Shown piece by piece: positions 8,792 to 17,192 of a stretch of DNA of 63,640 nucleotides. The notes beneath the pieces are model-generated. The model searched no databases. It saw only the letters and a program-made list of their open reading frames with translations, and was not told the DNA's origin. Source of the stretch: an uncultured Alphaproteobacteria bacterium (GTDB taxonomy: Bacteria; Pseudomonadota; Alphaproteobacteria; RF32; CAG-239); the NCBI GenBank assembly GCA_944391435.1, contig CALXTP010000010.1, positions 1 through 63,640 on the forward strand, in the 5' to 3' direction. A program made the position numbers and the translations under genes. Position 1 is the stretch's first letter; every line of letters starts with the position of its first letter.

Positions 8792-9772
8792 ATGCAAAAG
8801 ATTATTCCGGACAGATTAAAAAAAGGCGATAAGATTATGGTCATTGCCCCGGCCAGAGGCGTAAAGATTATCGGACAGGATGTGCGCGATATTGCCCGCG
8901 GGCGTTTGGAAAGCTTGGGGCTGGAAGTTGTCTTTGCCCCGAACGCGGTGGATGAAAACTGGGATTATATGGGGTCAAGCTCTATAGAAAAGCGTGTTGC
9001 CGATATCCACACTGCATTTGCCGACAACAGTGTTAAAGGGATTATGACCATCATCGGCGGAGCCAATTCCAATCAGCTGTTAAAATATTTGGATTATGAT
9101 TTAATCCGCCGCAATCCGAAAATCTTTTGCGGTTTTTCCGATATTACCGCGCTGGAAAACGCCATATTGGCAAAAACCGGCCTCATAACCTACTACGGGC
9201 CGCATTTCAGCTCGCTCGGCATGAAAAAAGGCTGCGACTATACGTTTGAACATTTTGTAAAAATGCTTGTAACCGATGGTCGGGATGAAATTGAACCGTC
9301 TCAAATCTGGAGCGATGACTTATGGTTTATAGACCAGGAAAAACGCGAATTTGAAGCCAATGAGGGCTATTGGAACATTCAAGCCGGCACAGCCGAAGGC
9401 ACAATAATCGGCGGCAACCTGGGCACTTTCAACCTCTTGCTCGGCACGTCATATCGCCCGCAATTTACACCGGATACGATTCTGTTTATTGAAGATACGG
9501 AAGGCTGTTCTCTGGCAGATTTTGAGCGCAATCTACAGGCATTGATTTATCAGGATGATTTTGAAAACGTTAAGGGGCTGGTCATCGGCCGCTTCCAAAA
9601 AGGGTCAAAAGTAACGCGTGAGGGGTTAGAGTTTATTTTGAATACCAAAGCCGAATTAAAAAATATGCCGATATTGGCAAATGTGGATTTCGGTCATTCG
9701 GCGCCGCTTTTGACGATTCCTCTGGGCGGAACGGCAAGGTTGGAAAACGGCATCCTTTCATATAAAAACTGA
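8792..9772 (+). CDS. LD-carboxypeptidase / MccF-like peptidase S66
   Basis: Contains the 'FCGFSDITAL' nucleophile-Ser motif and a C-terminal 'DFGHSAP' His motif. 326 aa. Good RBS. Confidence 0.8.
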   Translation: MQKIIPDRLKKGDKIMVIAPARGVKIIGQDVRDIARGRLESLGLEVVFAPNAVDENWDYMGSSSIEKRVADIHTAFADNSVKGIMTIIGGANSNQLLKYLDYDLIRRNPKIFCGFSDITALENAILAKTGLITYYGPHFSSLGMKKGCDYTFEHFVKMLVTDGRDEIEPSQIWSDDLWFIDQEKREFEANEGYWNIQAGTAEGTIIGGNLGTFNLLLGTSYRPQFTPDTILFIEDTEGCSLADFERNLQALIYQDDFENVKGLVIGRFQKGSKVTREGLEFILNTKAELKNMPILANVDFGHSAPLLTIPLGGTARLENGILSYKN

Positions 9773-9809
9773 CTTTATATGTCGTAAGGCAACCGAAAAA
9801 AAACAAAAA

Positions 9810-9833
9810 ACAGCCGGGGTTTTGCCCGGCTGT
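9810..9833. terminator. Bidirectional intrinsic terminator between convergent genes
   Basis: 9-bp stem ACAGCCGGG/CCCGGCTGT, with an A-run upstream and a T-rich tail downstream. Confidence 0.6.
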
Positions 9834-9851
9834 TCTGTTATCATATCCCTG

Positions 9852-10337
9852 TCAGACTTGAGCAGGATATGTGGTGTTGTTTTCATCAATAACGGTTACC
9901 GTCTTCACCGGAGTTAAATTTTCCATGTGATAAGCCGTTACGACTTTAATAGAGTGTCCGCTGTTTAATAAAGCGGGGACGGTGGCATTTTTACTCGGTT
10001 GCAACAAAATCGCAACTGTTTTTCCTTTATCCTCGCTATAAGCAAGCAAAGATATTTGATACCAGCCGGGCTGCGTAGGCAGAGCCGTTGCCGAAGATGT
10101 GGCAATGGTAAGTTCTTCTGTTGACGGCGGCATGATTTTTTCTTCCATACCGGCGGCAAAATCTTTTGTTTTTTCTACGGCCTGGTTAAACTTCTTTTGA
10201 ATGTTTTCTTTACCGTAAAACCAAACCAGCCCTCCGCCGACTAAAAAGCCGAGGATAAACCCGAAGTTTTTCAACACGAACGCTAACACTAAAATCAATA
10301 CGGCAATAACCGCAAAAGTTTTCCATGATTTAATCAT
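9852..10337 (-). CDS. Hypothetical membrane protein (two N-terminal TM segments)
   Basis: ATG at 10337 (the ORF track starts at GTG 10364). Contains 'WKTFAVIAVLILVLAFVL' and 'GFILGFLVGGGLVWF' hydrophobic segments. No family recognised. Confidence 0.5.
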   Translation of the reverse strand: MIKSWKTFAVIAVLILVLAFVLKNFGFILGFLVGGGLVWFYGKENIQKKFNQAVEKTKDFAAGMEEKIMPPSTEELTIATSSATALPTQPGWYQISLLAYSEDKGKTVAILLQPSKNATVPALLNSGHSIKVVTAYHMENLTPVKTVTVIDENNTTYPAQV

Positions 10338-10394
10338 AATTGTAAGTTTTAAAGAATTATACACTATTTTTTTTAAGAGTCATAGCATAACGCT

Positions 10395-10916
10395 TTATGC
10401 TGATTTCTGATGAGCAATGCGCTCCTGATCTTCTTCATAAGAGCTGTACCCGAGAGAATCGGCATACATTTTCATACTGCCTTCAAGCGACCGCAACTGG
10501 CCGTTTCTGGAACGAGCCGATTCTTTTGAAATAAGCCCGTGATCAACAAGGATTTGATTCTTGTCTACCATAGACTTGAGCCGGAGCGCCACCCCGTAAA
10601 GGTAGATTTTCTGTTCTTCCATCTCCAGTCTTGCCATAGTTTTTTGATAAGCTTTGATATCGGCAGTTATCTCACCAAGGTTATGGATTTCTTTGCCTTG
10701 ACTACCCAGCCCTTCCGCCAATGCGGTAAGATGCCCTCTCAGCTTAGACGCTTCTTGCTCATGATCAGCCAATTGCTGCTTAAAGTTTTGTTCCCGCGTC
10801 GCAGTATTTTTATAATATCTGTACGCAAGAATAGCACCAGTCACTACTGTAATAAATAAAACAGCTGACACAACGATTAACCATGTAACCGCGTTTTGTA
10901 AAAACACTTGATCCAT
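10395..10916 (-). CDS. Hypothetical membrane-anchored coiled-coil protein
   Basis: One N-terminal TM ('VTWLIVVSAVLFITVVTGAILAY') followed by charged, heptad-like sequence. 173 aa. Confidence 0.5.
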   Translation of the reverse strand: MDQVFLQNAVTWLIVVSAVLFITVVTGAILAYRYYKNTATREQNFKQQLADHEQEASKLRGHLTALAEGLGSQGKEIHNLGEITADIKAYQKTMARLEMEEQKIYLYGVALRLKSMVDKNQILVDHGLISKESARSRNGQLRSLEGSMKMYADSLGYSSYEEDQERIAHQKSA

Positions 10917-11045
10917 AATAGTTAAGATTTAATTAGACATAAAGTTATTTTGACAAAAAAACATAAAGCATAAGTTTTGTCATTTGTCAAGACTTTTTTT
11001 AGTTAAATTTATAAAAACGCCGGAAGAATGAAAGATAAAGCAAAA

Positions 11046-12083
11046 TTAACGACGTTTGTTTGCCATAATTGTAAAAATTTCAATAAATTTTTGTGCTTGC
11101 GATAAACTGTTCCAATCCCGTGCAATCTGCTTTATCTGTGTGCGTATCTGATCGGTTTTCATCGGATTCTGCCTCAGTTCATTTAGTCCGGCAATAAAGT
11201 CTGGTTCATTCTGGTACATGGGCAGTGCTTCGCCGAATATTTTGTAAATTCCGTTATTAAAGCGGACATAAGGTACCCCGCCGTTTTCTATAATTTCTAT
11301 GATTTGCGGCAAAATCTGCTCATCGCGTACCGTTTCATCGCTTTGGTCAATCAGGACAACGGCATATCGTGCAAAATCATCCGGTGACGGGAAATCCTTT
11401 TTAATTTCACTGGCAGGCCAAACATGTTCAAATCCCTTGCCGTAAATGTCAACGCTCATATCCTGCCTGCCGGCCAGATAAAGAGATAGCGAAAATCCAT
11501 GATTGTCGCCATAAAACATGGCAAATCCGTTTAAAGGAAGTTTTCTCGTTTCTTTTATATTAAAGGCATCGGGAATATAGGCTGTCCGTACGTTGATGGC
11601 TTTAAGGTGGTTAAAGGCCGAAATACTTTTGACGACAATGACGTCAAACGGGCGCAAAGGAGCCGGAGATGCTGTTTCTGCAATTCCGGGAATCCACAAA
11701 ATGTTAATTGCATTTTTGTCTGCCACCGCCGGCAAATGGTCAATATCCTGGGCGATGTATAAATTAAAATTGCCGCTGGCAAACGAATTTTTATCCGCAA
11801 GGGCAACTTTTTGCCCGGTTTTTTCCATCGCTTGGGCGAGTTTTAGCACCGAGCGGTAAAGAGGGGATATTTTTAACTCATTGACATTGATATAAATGGT
11901 TTCATCGGATATTGAAACATCGGCGGATTTATCTGCCGGCTGGGCGTTATCCGACGTTGCTGCGGTATTTATGCCGCTTGCCGCTTTTGTGGCAGAAGGA
12001 GCCTTTTGCTGCCGGGCAACATAGCCTGCCATACAAATAGCTAAAATAAAAAAAACTGAAATAATCGCAAATTTCCTTTTCAT
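11046..12083 (-). CDS. Exported or membrane-anchored protein with one diverged CgeB-like (Glyco_trans_1_2-like) module
   Basis: ATGA overlap with the upstream gene. N-terminal hydrophobic anchor 'FAIISVFFILAICMAGYV'. The C-terminal 'YAVVLIDQSDE...IIENGGVPYVRFNNGIYKIFGEALPMYQNEPDFIAGLNELRQNP' parallels both modules of the 677-aa neighbour. Confidence 0.55.
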   Translation of the reverse strand: MKRKFAIISVFFILAICMAGYVARQQKAPSATKAASGINTAATSDNAQPADKSADVSISDETIYINVNELKISPLYRSVLKLAQAMEKTGQKVALADKNSFASGNFNLYIAQDIDHLPAVADKNAINILWIPGIAETASPAPLRPFDVIVVKSISAFNHLKAINVRTAYIPDAFNIKETRKLPLNGFAMFYGDNHGFSLSLYLAGRQDMSVDIYGKGFEHVWPASEIKKDFPSPDDFARYAVVLIDQSDETVRDEQILPQIIEIIENGGVPYVRFNNGIYKIFGEALPMYQNEPDFIAGLNELRQNPMKTDQIRTQIKQIARDWNSLSQAQKFIEIFTIMANKRR

Positions 12084-14113
12084 TGTTTGCTCCTGCCGAT
12101 TTCATCAAAAATTTGTTTTAACCGTTTTCCGACTGCCAGATTCGTATAGCCTTGAAGCGTAATTTCCCGCGCTTGTTCAGCCTTTTGTTTGCGGGCTTCG
12201 GGATGGGCAAGGTAAAAGTCAACCAAAGTTTTGAATTCTTCTTTGTTTTTAAACATCGGGATGCTGTCGCCGAAAATCTCCGCAATATAGGGGCTGTATT
12301 CGGAAATAACAAAAGCGCCGGCGGCACTGGCATCATAAAGGCGGTTGATAACCAGCCCCATCTCTGCCAAGTCATCAGGATGGTCGCTCAAGACGATTTT
12401 GGCTGACGAATAATACCGGTTAAGTTCATTGTTGTTGATATAATTGCCTTTAATATGCTTGTCGGGAATAATCCCTTGCCAATTCAAACCGTACACATCA
12501 ATATCATAGCCGTTTTCCACGGCGTAGGTAACGCTGATGCGTTCATACCACGGCGAACCGACGAACAGCAAATCCGATGCGGCTTCGGCATCAAATTCGG
12601 GCTTGAATTTATAGGGGTTTGTAAATTGCGGCACAAATACGGCTTTATGCCCCGCTTTTTGCAATGCCGGGATAAGCGCTTTTGCCGGAGTCGCGATAAC
12701 ATCAAAATATTGCAGTTCGTCATTTAGCGAAATATCGGTATTATAACGGAAGGTATCGCGTGTGTTTTTGAATTTGGCGGTATCGGGAATTTCCGTTGGA
12801 AAATAAAGATACATAATGCGGTTTTTATGTTCATCTTCAAAGCCGGTCCGGTTATATTTGAACTGCATATAGAGCAGGTTTCCGGCATCGTTATAAAAAT
12901 CATCTTCATAAAAATCTTGGCTGAAATAATAATTTTCAACTTCAAAGCCGTTTTGTTTAAGGCCTTCCGCCAAATCTTTGGCCAGCCAGTGTTCGCCGAC
13001 ATCGGTTGCATCGGCCGGCCACGGGCATTTAAGAGCCAGTTTGCGATAATCAGGCGTTTTGTCTTTTGTTTTTTTTAACATCGGGGCGGCAGTTTGCGGC
13101 AATGCCTGCATGATTTTTTGTGCCGCCGCGGCATTGGTAAAGTTTTTTAGCGTGATATCCTGTGCCTGTTTTGCTTTTTTAGAGCGTTCTTCCGGGTGTG
13201 CGAGATAATAGTCCAAGAGCTGTTTGAGTTCTTCTTTGGTCCTAAACATCGGGATACTGTCGCCATAAAATTGTTCAATTTCGGGCATATAGTCGGAGAT
13301 AAGAAAACCGCCGCTGGCCGTAACGTCAAAAACGCGGTTGCTGATAAACCCTTTTTCTTTCATGTCCGGACGGGTATCGTTCAGGACAATTTTTGCCGAA
13401 GCATAATATTTGTGCAGTTCGCGATTGTCAATATACGTCCCTTTAACCATTTCAGGCGGCGCCTGCCTTTCCCAGCCTTCGCCGAAGAGGGCAACGTCAA
13501 AGCCGCTTTCCATTGCCCATTTGGCGCTGATACGTTCATATCCCGGCCGTCCGACAAACAAAATATCATAAGCGGCCTCCGGGGCATATTCATAAAAAAA
13601 CTTTTCCGGATTCGTAAATTGCGGCACAAAAATCGTTTTTAGGCCAAGTTTATCCATCTTTTTTTGATAAGTCGGAGAGGCAACGGCGATGAGCTGAAAA
13701 TCCCACAATTCCGTTTGCAGCGACATCCAGGCCGGTTCGTCAATGTTTTTGAGGTTTATAAATTTCTCCGTATTGGCTGTTTCCAGCGGATAATAGAGAT
13801 ATAAAACATTTGTTTTGTCAGGATTAAGCGGCGGATTAAAAGGGATAAAACCGTGCATATACACATCAATCGGAGCATTTTGGCTGCTTGCAGGATAAAA
13901 ATCGTCCATATAAGCCGGGCTGACAGAATAGCCCAGACGTTCAAATCCGCTTTTCAAATCCTGTCCCAAAATATAATCGCCCCAGGAATACCAGTTTTTT
14001 CCGGCAGAAATTTTAAGGCTGATATCCTCTGCCTCGGCTCTGGGGGCAAAAGCCAAAAGTGCCAGCATAAGGCAGGAGTGCCGCAAAGCCCGAAATGTCC
14101 GCCGCCATATCAT
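12080..14113 (-). CDS. Signal-peptide protein with two tandem CgeB-like glycosyltransferase-family modules
   Basis: N-terminus 'RALRHSCLMLALLAFAPRAEA/ED'. Each half ends with 'AKIVL(N/S)D...S(D/E)Y.P.I...(Y/F)GDSIPMF..KEE.K.L.D(Y/F)YLAHPE.R.K.A..A...TL', which resembles the PF13524/CgeB signature. Confidence 0.65.
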   Translation of the reverse strand: MIWRRTFRALRHSCLMLALLAFAPRAEAEDISLKISAGKNWYSWGDYILGQDLKSGFERLGYSVSPAYMDDFYPASSQNAPIDVYMHGFIPFNPPLNPDKTNVLYLYYPLETANTEKFINLKNIDEPAWMSLQTELWDFQLIAVASPTYQKKMDKLGLKTIFVPQFTNPEKFFYEYAPEAAYDILFVGRPGYERISAKWAMESGFDVALFGEGWERQAPPEMVKGTYIDNRELHKYYASAKIVLNDTRPDMKEKGFISNRVFDVTASGGFLISDYMPEIEQFYGDSIPMFRTKEELKQLLDYYLAHPEERSKKAKQAQDITLKNFTNAAAAQKIMQALPQTAAPMLKKTKDKTPDYRKLALKCPWPADATDVGEHWLAKDLAEGLKQNGFEVENYYFSQDFYEDDFYNDAGNLLYMQFKYNRTGFEDEHKNRIMYLYFPTEIPDTAKFKNTRDTFRYNTDISLNDELQYFDVIATPAKALIPALQKAGHKAVFVPQFTNPYKFKPEFDAEAASDLLFVGSPWYERISVTYAVENGYDIDVYGLNWQGIIPDKHIKGNYINNNELNRYYSSAKIVLSDHPDDLAEMGLVINRLYDASAAGAFVISEYSPYIAEIFGDSIPMFKNKEEFKTLVDFYLAHPEARKQKAEQAREITLQGYTNLAVGKRLKQIFDEIGRSKQ

Positions 14114-14118
14114 GGGAT

Positions 14119-15498
14119 TTATACCTTTTCGGCACTGACATTCATCAGGGAATGTTCGGCTTTGACATTATATTTATAAATTTTGTAAAGAAAGAATATG
14201 CCAATCGGAATAAACACCAAGGCATAAATCCAGAAAATATCAATCACGCGGACTGCTCCGGCAGTGCTTTCATGTTCCAGCAAAAACTTCGGCGCCATCA
14301 GCATAACGGATGTCAGCAGCCGTCCGGTCATCATATTGACCGAAGAAGAAAGCGAACGTATTTTGGGGTTGATAAGCCGGTGCAGGCGGCTGATATGCGA
14401 GATGGTAAACATCAGCTGCAGGCCGATGCAAACACAAAGGAAGATAATAAACATCAGGCATTCCAACGGGGTAATAAAACCGGATTGCATAAGCGCAAAG
14501 GAAAGGGAACAGCCGATGATTTCCATTACGAAAGACGTAAGCCCGAGCCGGTACAGGGAAACGTATTTTGCCACGCCCGCCGCGAAATAGCTGAAAGATG
14601 AACGGATGACATTGTTTATAAAGATGACCACGCCCATAACTTTAATAAAATCAAGCCAGTTTAAGCTCAAAAGGTAATTCCAAGCCGCCTCGCCGAAAAC
14701 GCGGGCATCCCAGCCGATACTATCTGCCAAATCAGTCAGGGAAACCGACGGATCAATCCCTGAACTTTTCATTAACGGCTGGAAACTCCAAAAGAAAAAG
14801 TGTGACACGCCGACCATAAAGCCGGAAAAAAGGACAAGGTAGCAATATTTGCGCGATTTTAAGATGTAACGTACGGCGACCCAGAATTTTTTTAGCCGTT
14901 CTTTAAAGCTGCTAACGGCATTTTTCACCGGGCGGTGCGCATTCGGCAGGCATGAAAGCAGCAGGATGGCCGTTGAATAAATCACAAATTCGGCAATCAG
15001 CAAAACATGCGACCCCAGCTTTTCATATAAGCCGGCACCGAGCAATGCGGCGATTCCCGTGCCGATGTACATCGCAGCGTTAAAGTTGGAATATGCTTTG
15101 ACCATTTTCGCTTCTTCATTGTTCTTTTTCAAAATATCATAAATAAACGAAGAGGAAACCGAATCAAAACACGCCTTGGAACATGCATACAAAAATTCGC
15201 CGATAAGGATAATTTCAAATCCGCGAAAGAATATCCATAAAAACAACCGTCCCAAAAACAATGCATATGCCGTAATCAAAATATACTTGCGTGGGAAAAT
15301 GTCTCCCAGATAGCCGGCCGGGATTTCAAATAAAAAGGCAAAAAAGACAATCAGCCCCTGGATGAGATAAAAATCGCCGACCGTCAGCCCGTTTTCCTGA
15401 TAAAAAAACAGTAACACCGGCAACAAAAACAATTGAGAACGCAAAAAAGCCGCAATATTATACAGGCTCAACGGGACAAAAGATAAATATTTACTCAT
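14119..15498 (-). CDS. MFS transporter
   Basis: Polytopic (about 12 TM). Contains MFS motif-A-like 'GYLGDIFPRKY'. ATG at 15498 (the ORF track starts at GTG 15507). Confidence 0.75.
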   Translation of the reverse strand: MSKYLSFVPLSLYNIAAFLRSQLFLLPVLLFFYQENGLTVGDFYLIQGLIVFFAFLFEIPAGYLGDIFPRKYILITAYALFLGRLFLWIFFRGFEIILIGEFLYACSKACFDSVSSSFIYDILKKNNEEAKMVKAYSNFNAAMYIGTGIAALLGAGLYEKLGSHVLLIAEFVIYSTAILLLSCLPNAHRPVKNAVSSFKERLKKFWVAVRYILKSRKYCYLVLFSGFMVGVSHFFFWSFQPLMKSSGIDPSVSLTDLADSIGWDARVFGEAAWNYLLSLNWLDFIKVMGVVIFINNVIRSSFSYFAAGVAKYVSLYRLGLTSFVMEIIGCSLSFALMQSGFITPLECLMFIIFLCVCIGLQLMFTISHISRLHRLINPKIRSLSSSVNMMTGRLLTSVMLMAPKFLLEHESTAGAVRVIDIFWIYALVFIPIGIFFLYKIYKYNVKAEHSLMNVSAEKV

Positions 15499-15687
15499 CA
15501 GACGCACTTTCGCTTAATTATGGCTCCGGCTGGCACCGGAAAAACTTTTCAAGAAATAACATAGAATAACTGGTCTTATTTGTCTTGTGTTATTTTTCAG
15601 CTGTTATAATATATCAAAGAAGTTAATAACTTTTTAAGCGGCACCCGGCAAAACTGGGAGCAGCTTGACGGACTAAGGGACTATCGG

Positions 15688-16134
15688 ATGGAAAAAGGAA
15701 AATATTCGGAGGAAGACAAAAAATTTATGTATATAACCGGCAAATCTTTGAATGCGTCGCGCATGGAAGAGCTGTTAAATTTCATCAGGCTGAGCGGTTT
15801 TAAAAAAATAGGCATCGCCAATTGTTTTTCCGTTAACAAAATTGCGGAAAAGCTGAAAGAAATGCTGGTTCTCCAAGGGCTGGACGTGTATATGGTCAAC
15901 TGCAAAGAGTCCGGCCTCATGGCTGCGGATATATCGCCGGAATTGCAAGGTGCTTCATGCGATCCGATGGCGCAGGCGCAATATTTGAATGAAGCCGAAA
16001 CCGATTTGAATATCAACTTCGGGCTTTGCCTGGGGCACGGGCTGTTGTTTCAAAAATATTCGGCGGCTCCGGTAACCACATTGCTGGTAAAAGATCCGCG
16101 CCACAAGCATAACATAATGGAAAATTTTGTTTAA
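15688..16134 (+). CDS. DUF1847-family protein (short form)
   Basis: 'KKIGIANCFSV', 'VNCKESG', 'CDPMAQAQYLNEAETDLNINFGLCLGHGLLFQKYSAAPVTTLLVKD' match the C-terminal two thirds of DUF1847 as I remember it. Confidence 0.6.
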   Translation: MEKGKYSEEDKKFMYITGKSLNASRMEELLNFIRLSGFKKIGIANCFSVNKIAEKLKEMLVLQGLDVYMVNCKESGLMAADISPELQGASCDPMAQAQYLNEAETDLNINFGLCLGHGLLFQKYSAAPVTTLLVKDPRHKHNIMENFV

Positions 16135-16137
16135 GAG

Positions 16138-17181
16138 ATGAAAAAAAAACGGATTATCGTCATAGCTGTTTTGATTTTTGCGATTGCCGCAGGCATCCTT
16201 TTCCGGATTTGCGGCGCGCGGCACTTTTTAAGCATTGCCGCCATCATGAAAGATGAAAAGCCGTATTTGAAAGAATGGATTGAATATCACCGTCTGCAGG
16301 GTGTGGAGCATTTTTACCTGTGTGATAACGGCAGCACGGACGGGACAAAAGAGTATTTGCAGCCGTATGTCCGGACAGGCCTGATAACCTATATTGATTT
16401 TCCGGGCACCAACCGCCAACTGCCTTGCTATGAACACATTACCAAAAATTACGGCAAAGAAACAAAATGGCTGGCTTTTCTTGATTTGGATGAATTTTTA
16501 GTGCCGATGCAAAATAATGATATGCAGGAATTTTTGGCCGGCTTTGGCGATGTGGACGAAGTAAGCCTGCACTGGATGAATTATGGCAGCAACGGCATTT
16601 TTTCCCGTGCCTCTGGGTTGGTAACGGAAGCTTTTACGGCACACGCGCGCTTTTTAAACCACACGGTTAAGTCAATCGTTCGCCCGGAGGCGGTCAAAGA
16701 TTTTTCTTCTTTCGGCGCCAATCATTATATTCCGGTAAAAGGCTTGAGTGTTAATGAATACCATAAGCCTGTCTCTTATATGTTGAATTTTAATATTTCG
16801 GGCGACAAAGCACGGGTCAACCATTACATAACCAAATCGTTTGCCGAGTTTGTCAACAAAAAGCGTCGCGGCCATCCGGAAGGGACACCGATAAATTACG
16901 GCTATTACTTTTTCCACAATGAAAATGATATAAAAAATGACGCCTCCATGCAGCGTTTTTTGCCGGAATTGCGCCGCCGTATGCGGCAAAGCCCTCTGCC
17001 TGATGTGGATATACCGAAACAAGAAGGCCTGCCGGAAACATTCTCCGAGTTTTACTTCACGCCGGAAGAAGCCACGCAGATTTTGGGACGCCCGGTGACG
17101 TCACCCATGAGTTACGGCGAGGTAGAAAAAGACTATCGGAAAAACACCCCGCCGTCATACCTGCCAAAATCAGATAAATAA
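16138..17181 (+). CDS. Glycosyltransferase (Glyco_tranf_2_4 / GT92-like)
   Basis: N-terminal TM followed by 'IAAIMKDEKPYLKEWIEYHRLQGVEHFYLCDNGSTDGT' and 'FLDLDEF'. Confidence 0.65.
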   Translation: MKKKRIIVIAVLIFAIAAGILFRICGARHFLSIAAIMKDEKPYLKEWIEYHRLQGVEHFYLCDNGSTDGTKEYLQPYVRTGLITYIDFPGTNRQLPCYEHITKNYGKETKWLAFLDLDEFLVPMQNNDMQEFLAGFGDVDEVSLHWMNYGSNGIFSRASGLVTEAFTAHARFLNHTVKSIVRPEAVKDFSSFGANHYIPVKGLSVNEYHKPVSYMLNFNISGDKARVNHYITKSFAEFVNKKRRGHPEGTPINYGYYFFHNENDIKNDASMQRFLPELRRRMRQSPLPDVDIPKQEGLPETFSEFYFTPEEATQILGRPVTSPMSYGEVEKDYRKNTPPSYLPKSDK

Positions 17182-17192
17182 GCGGAAAAACA

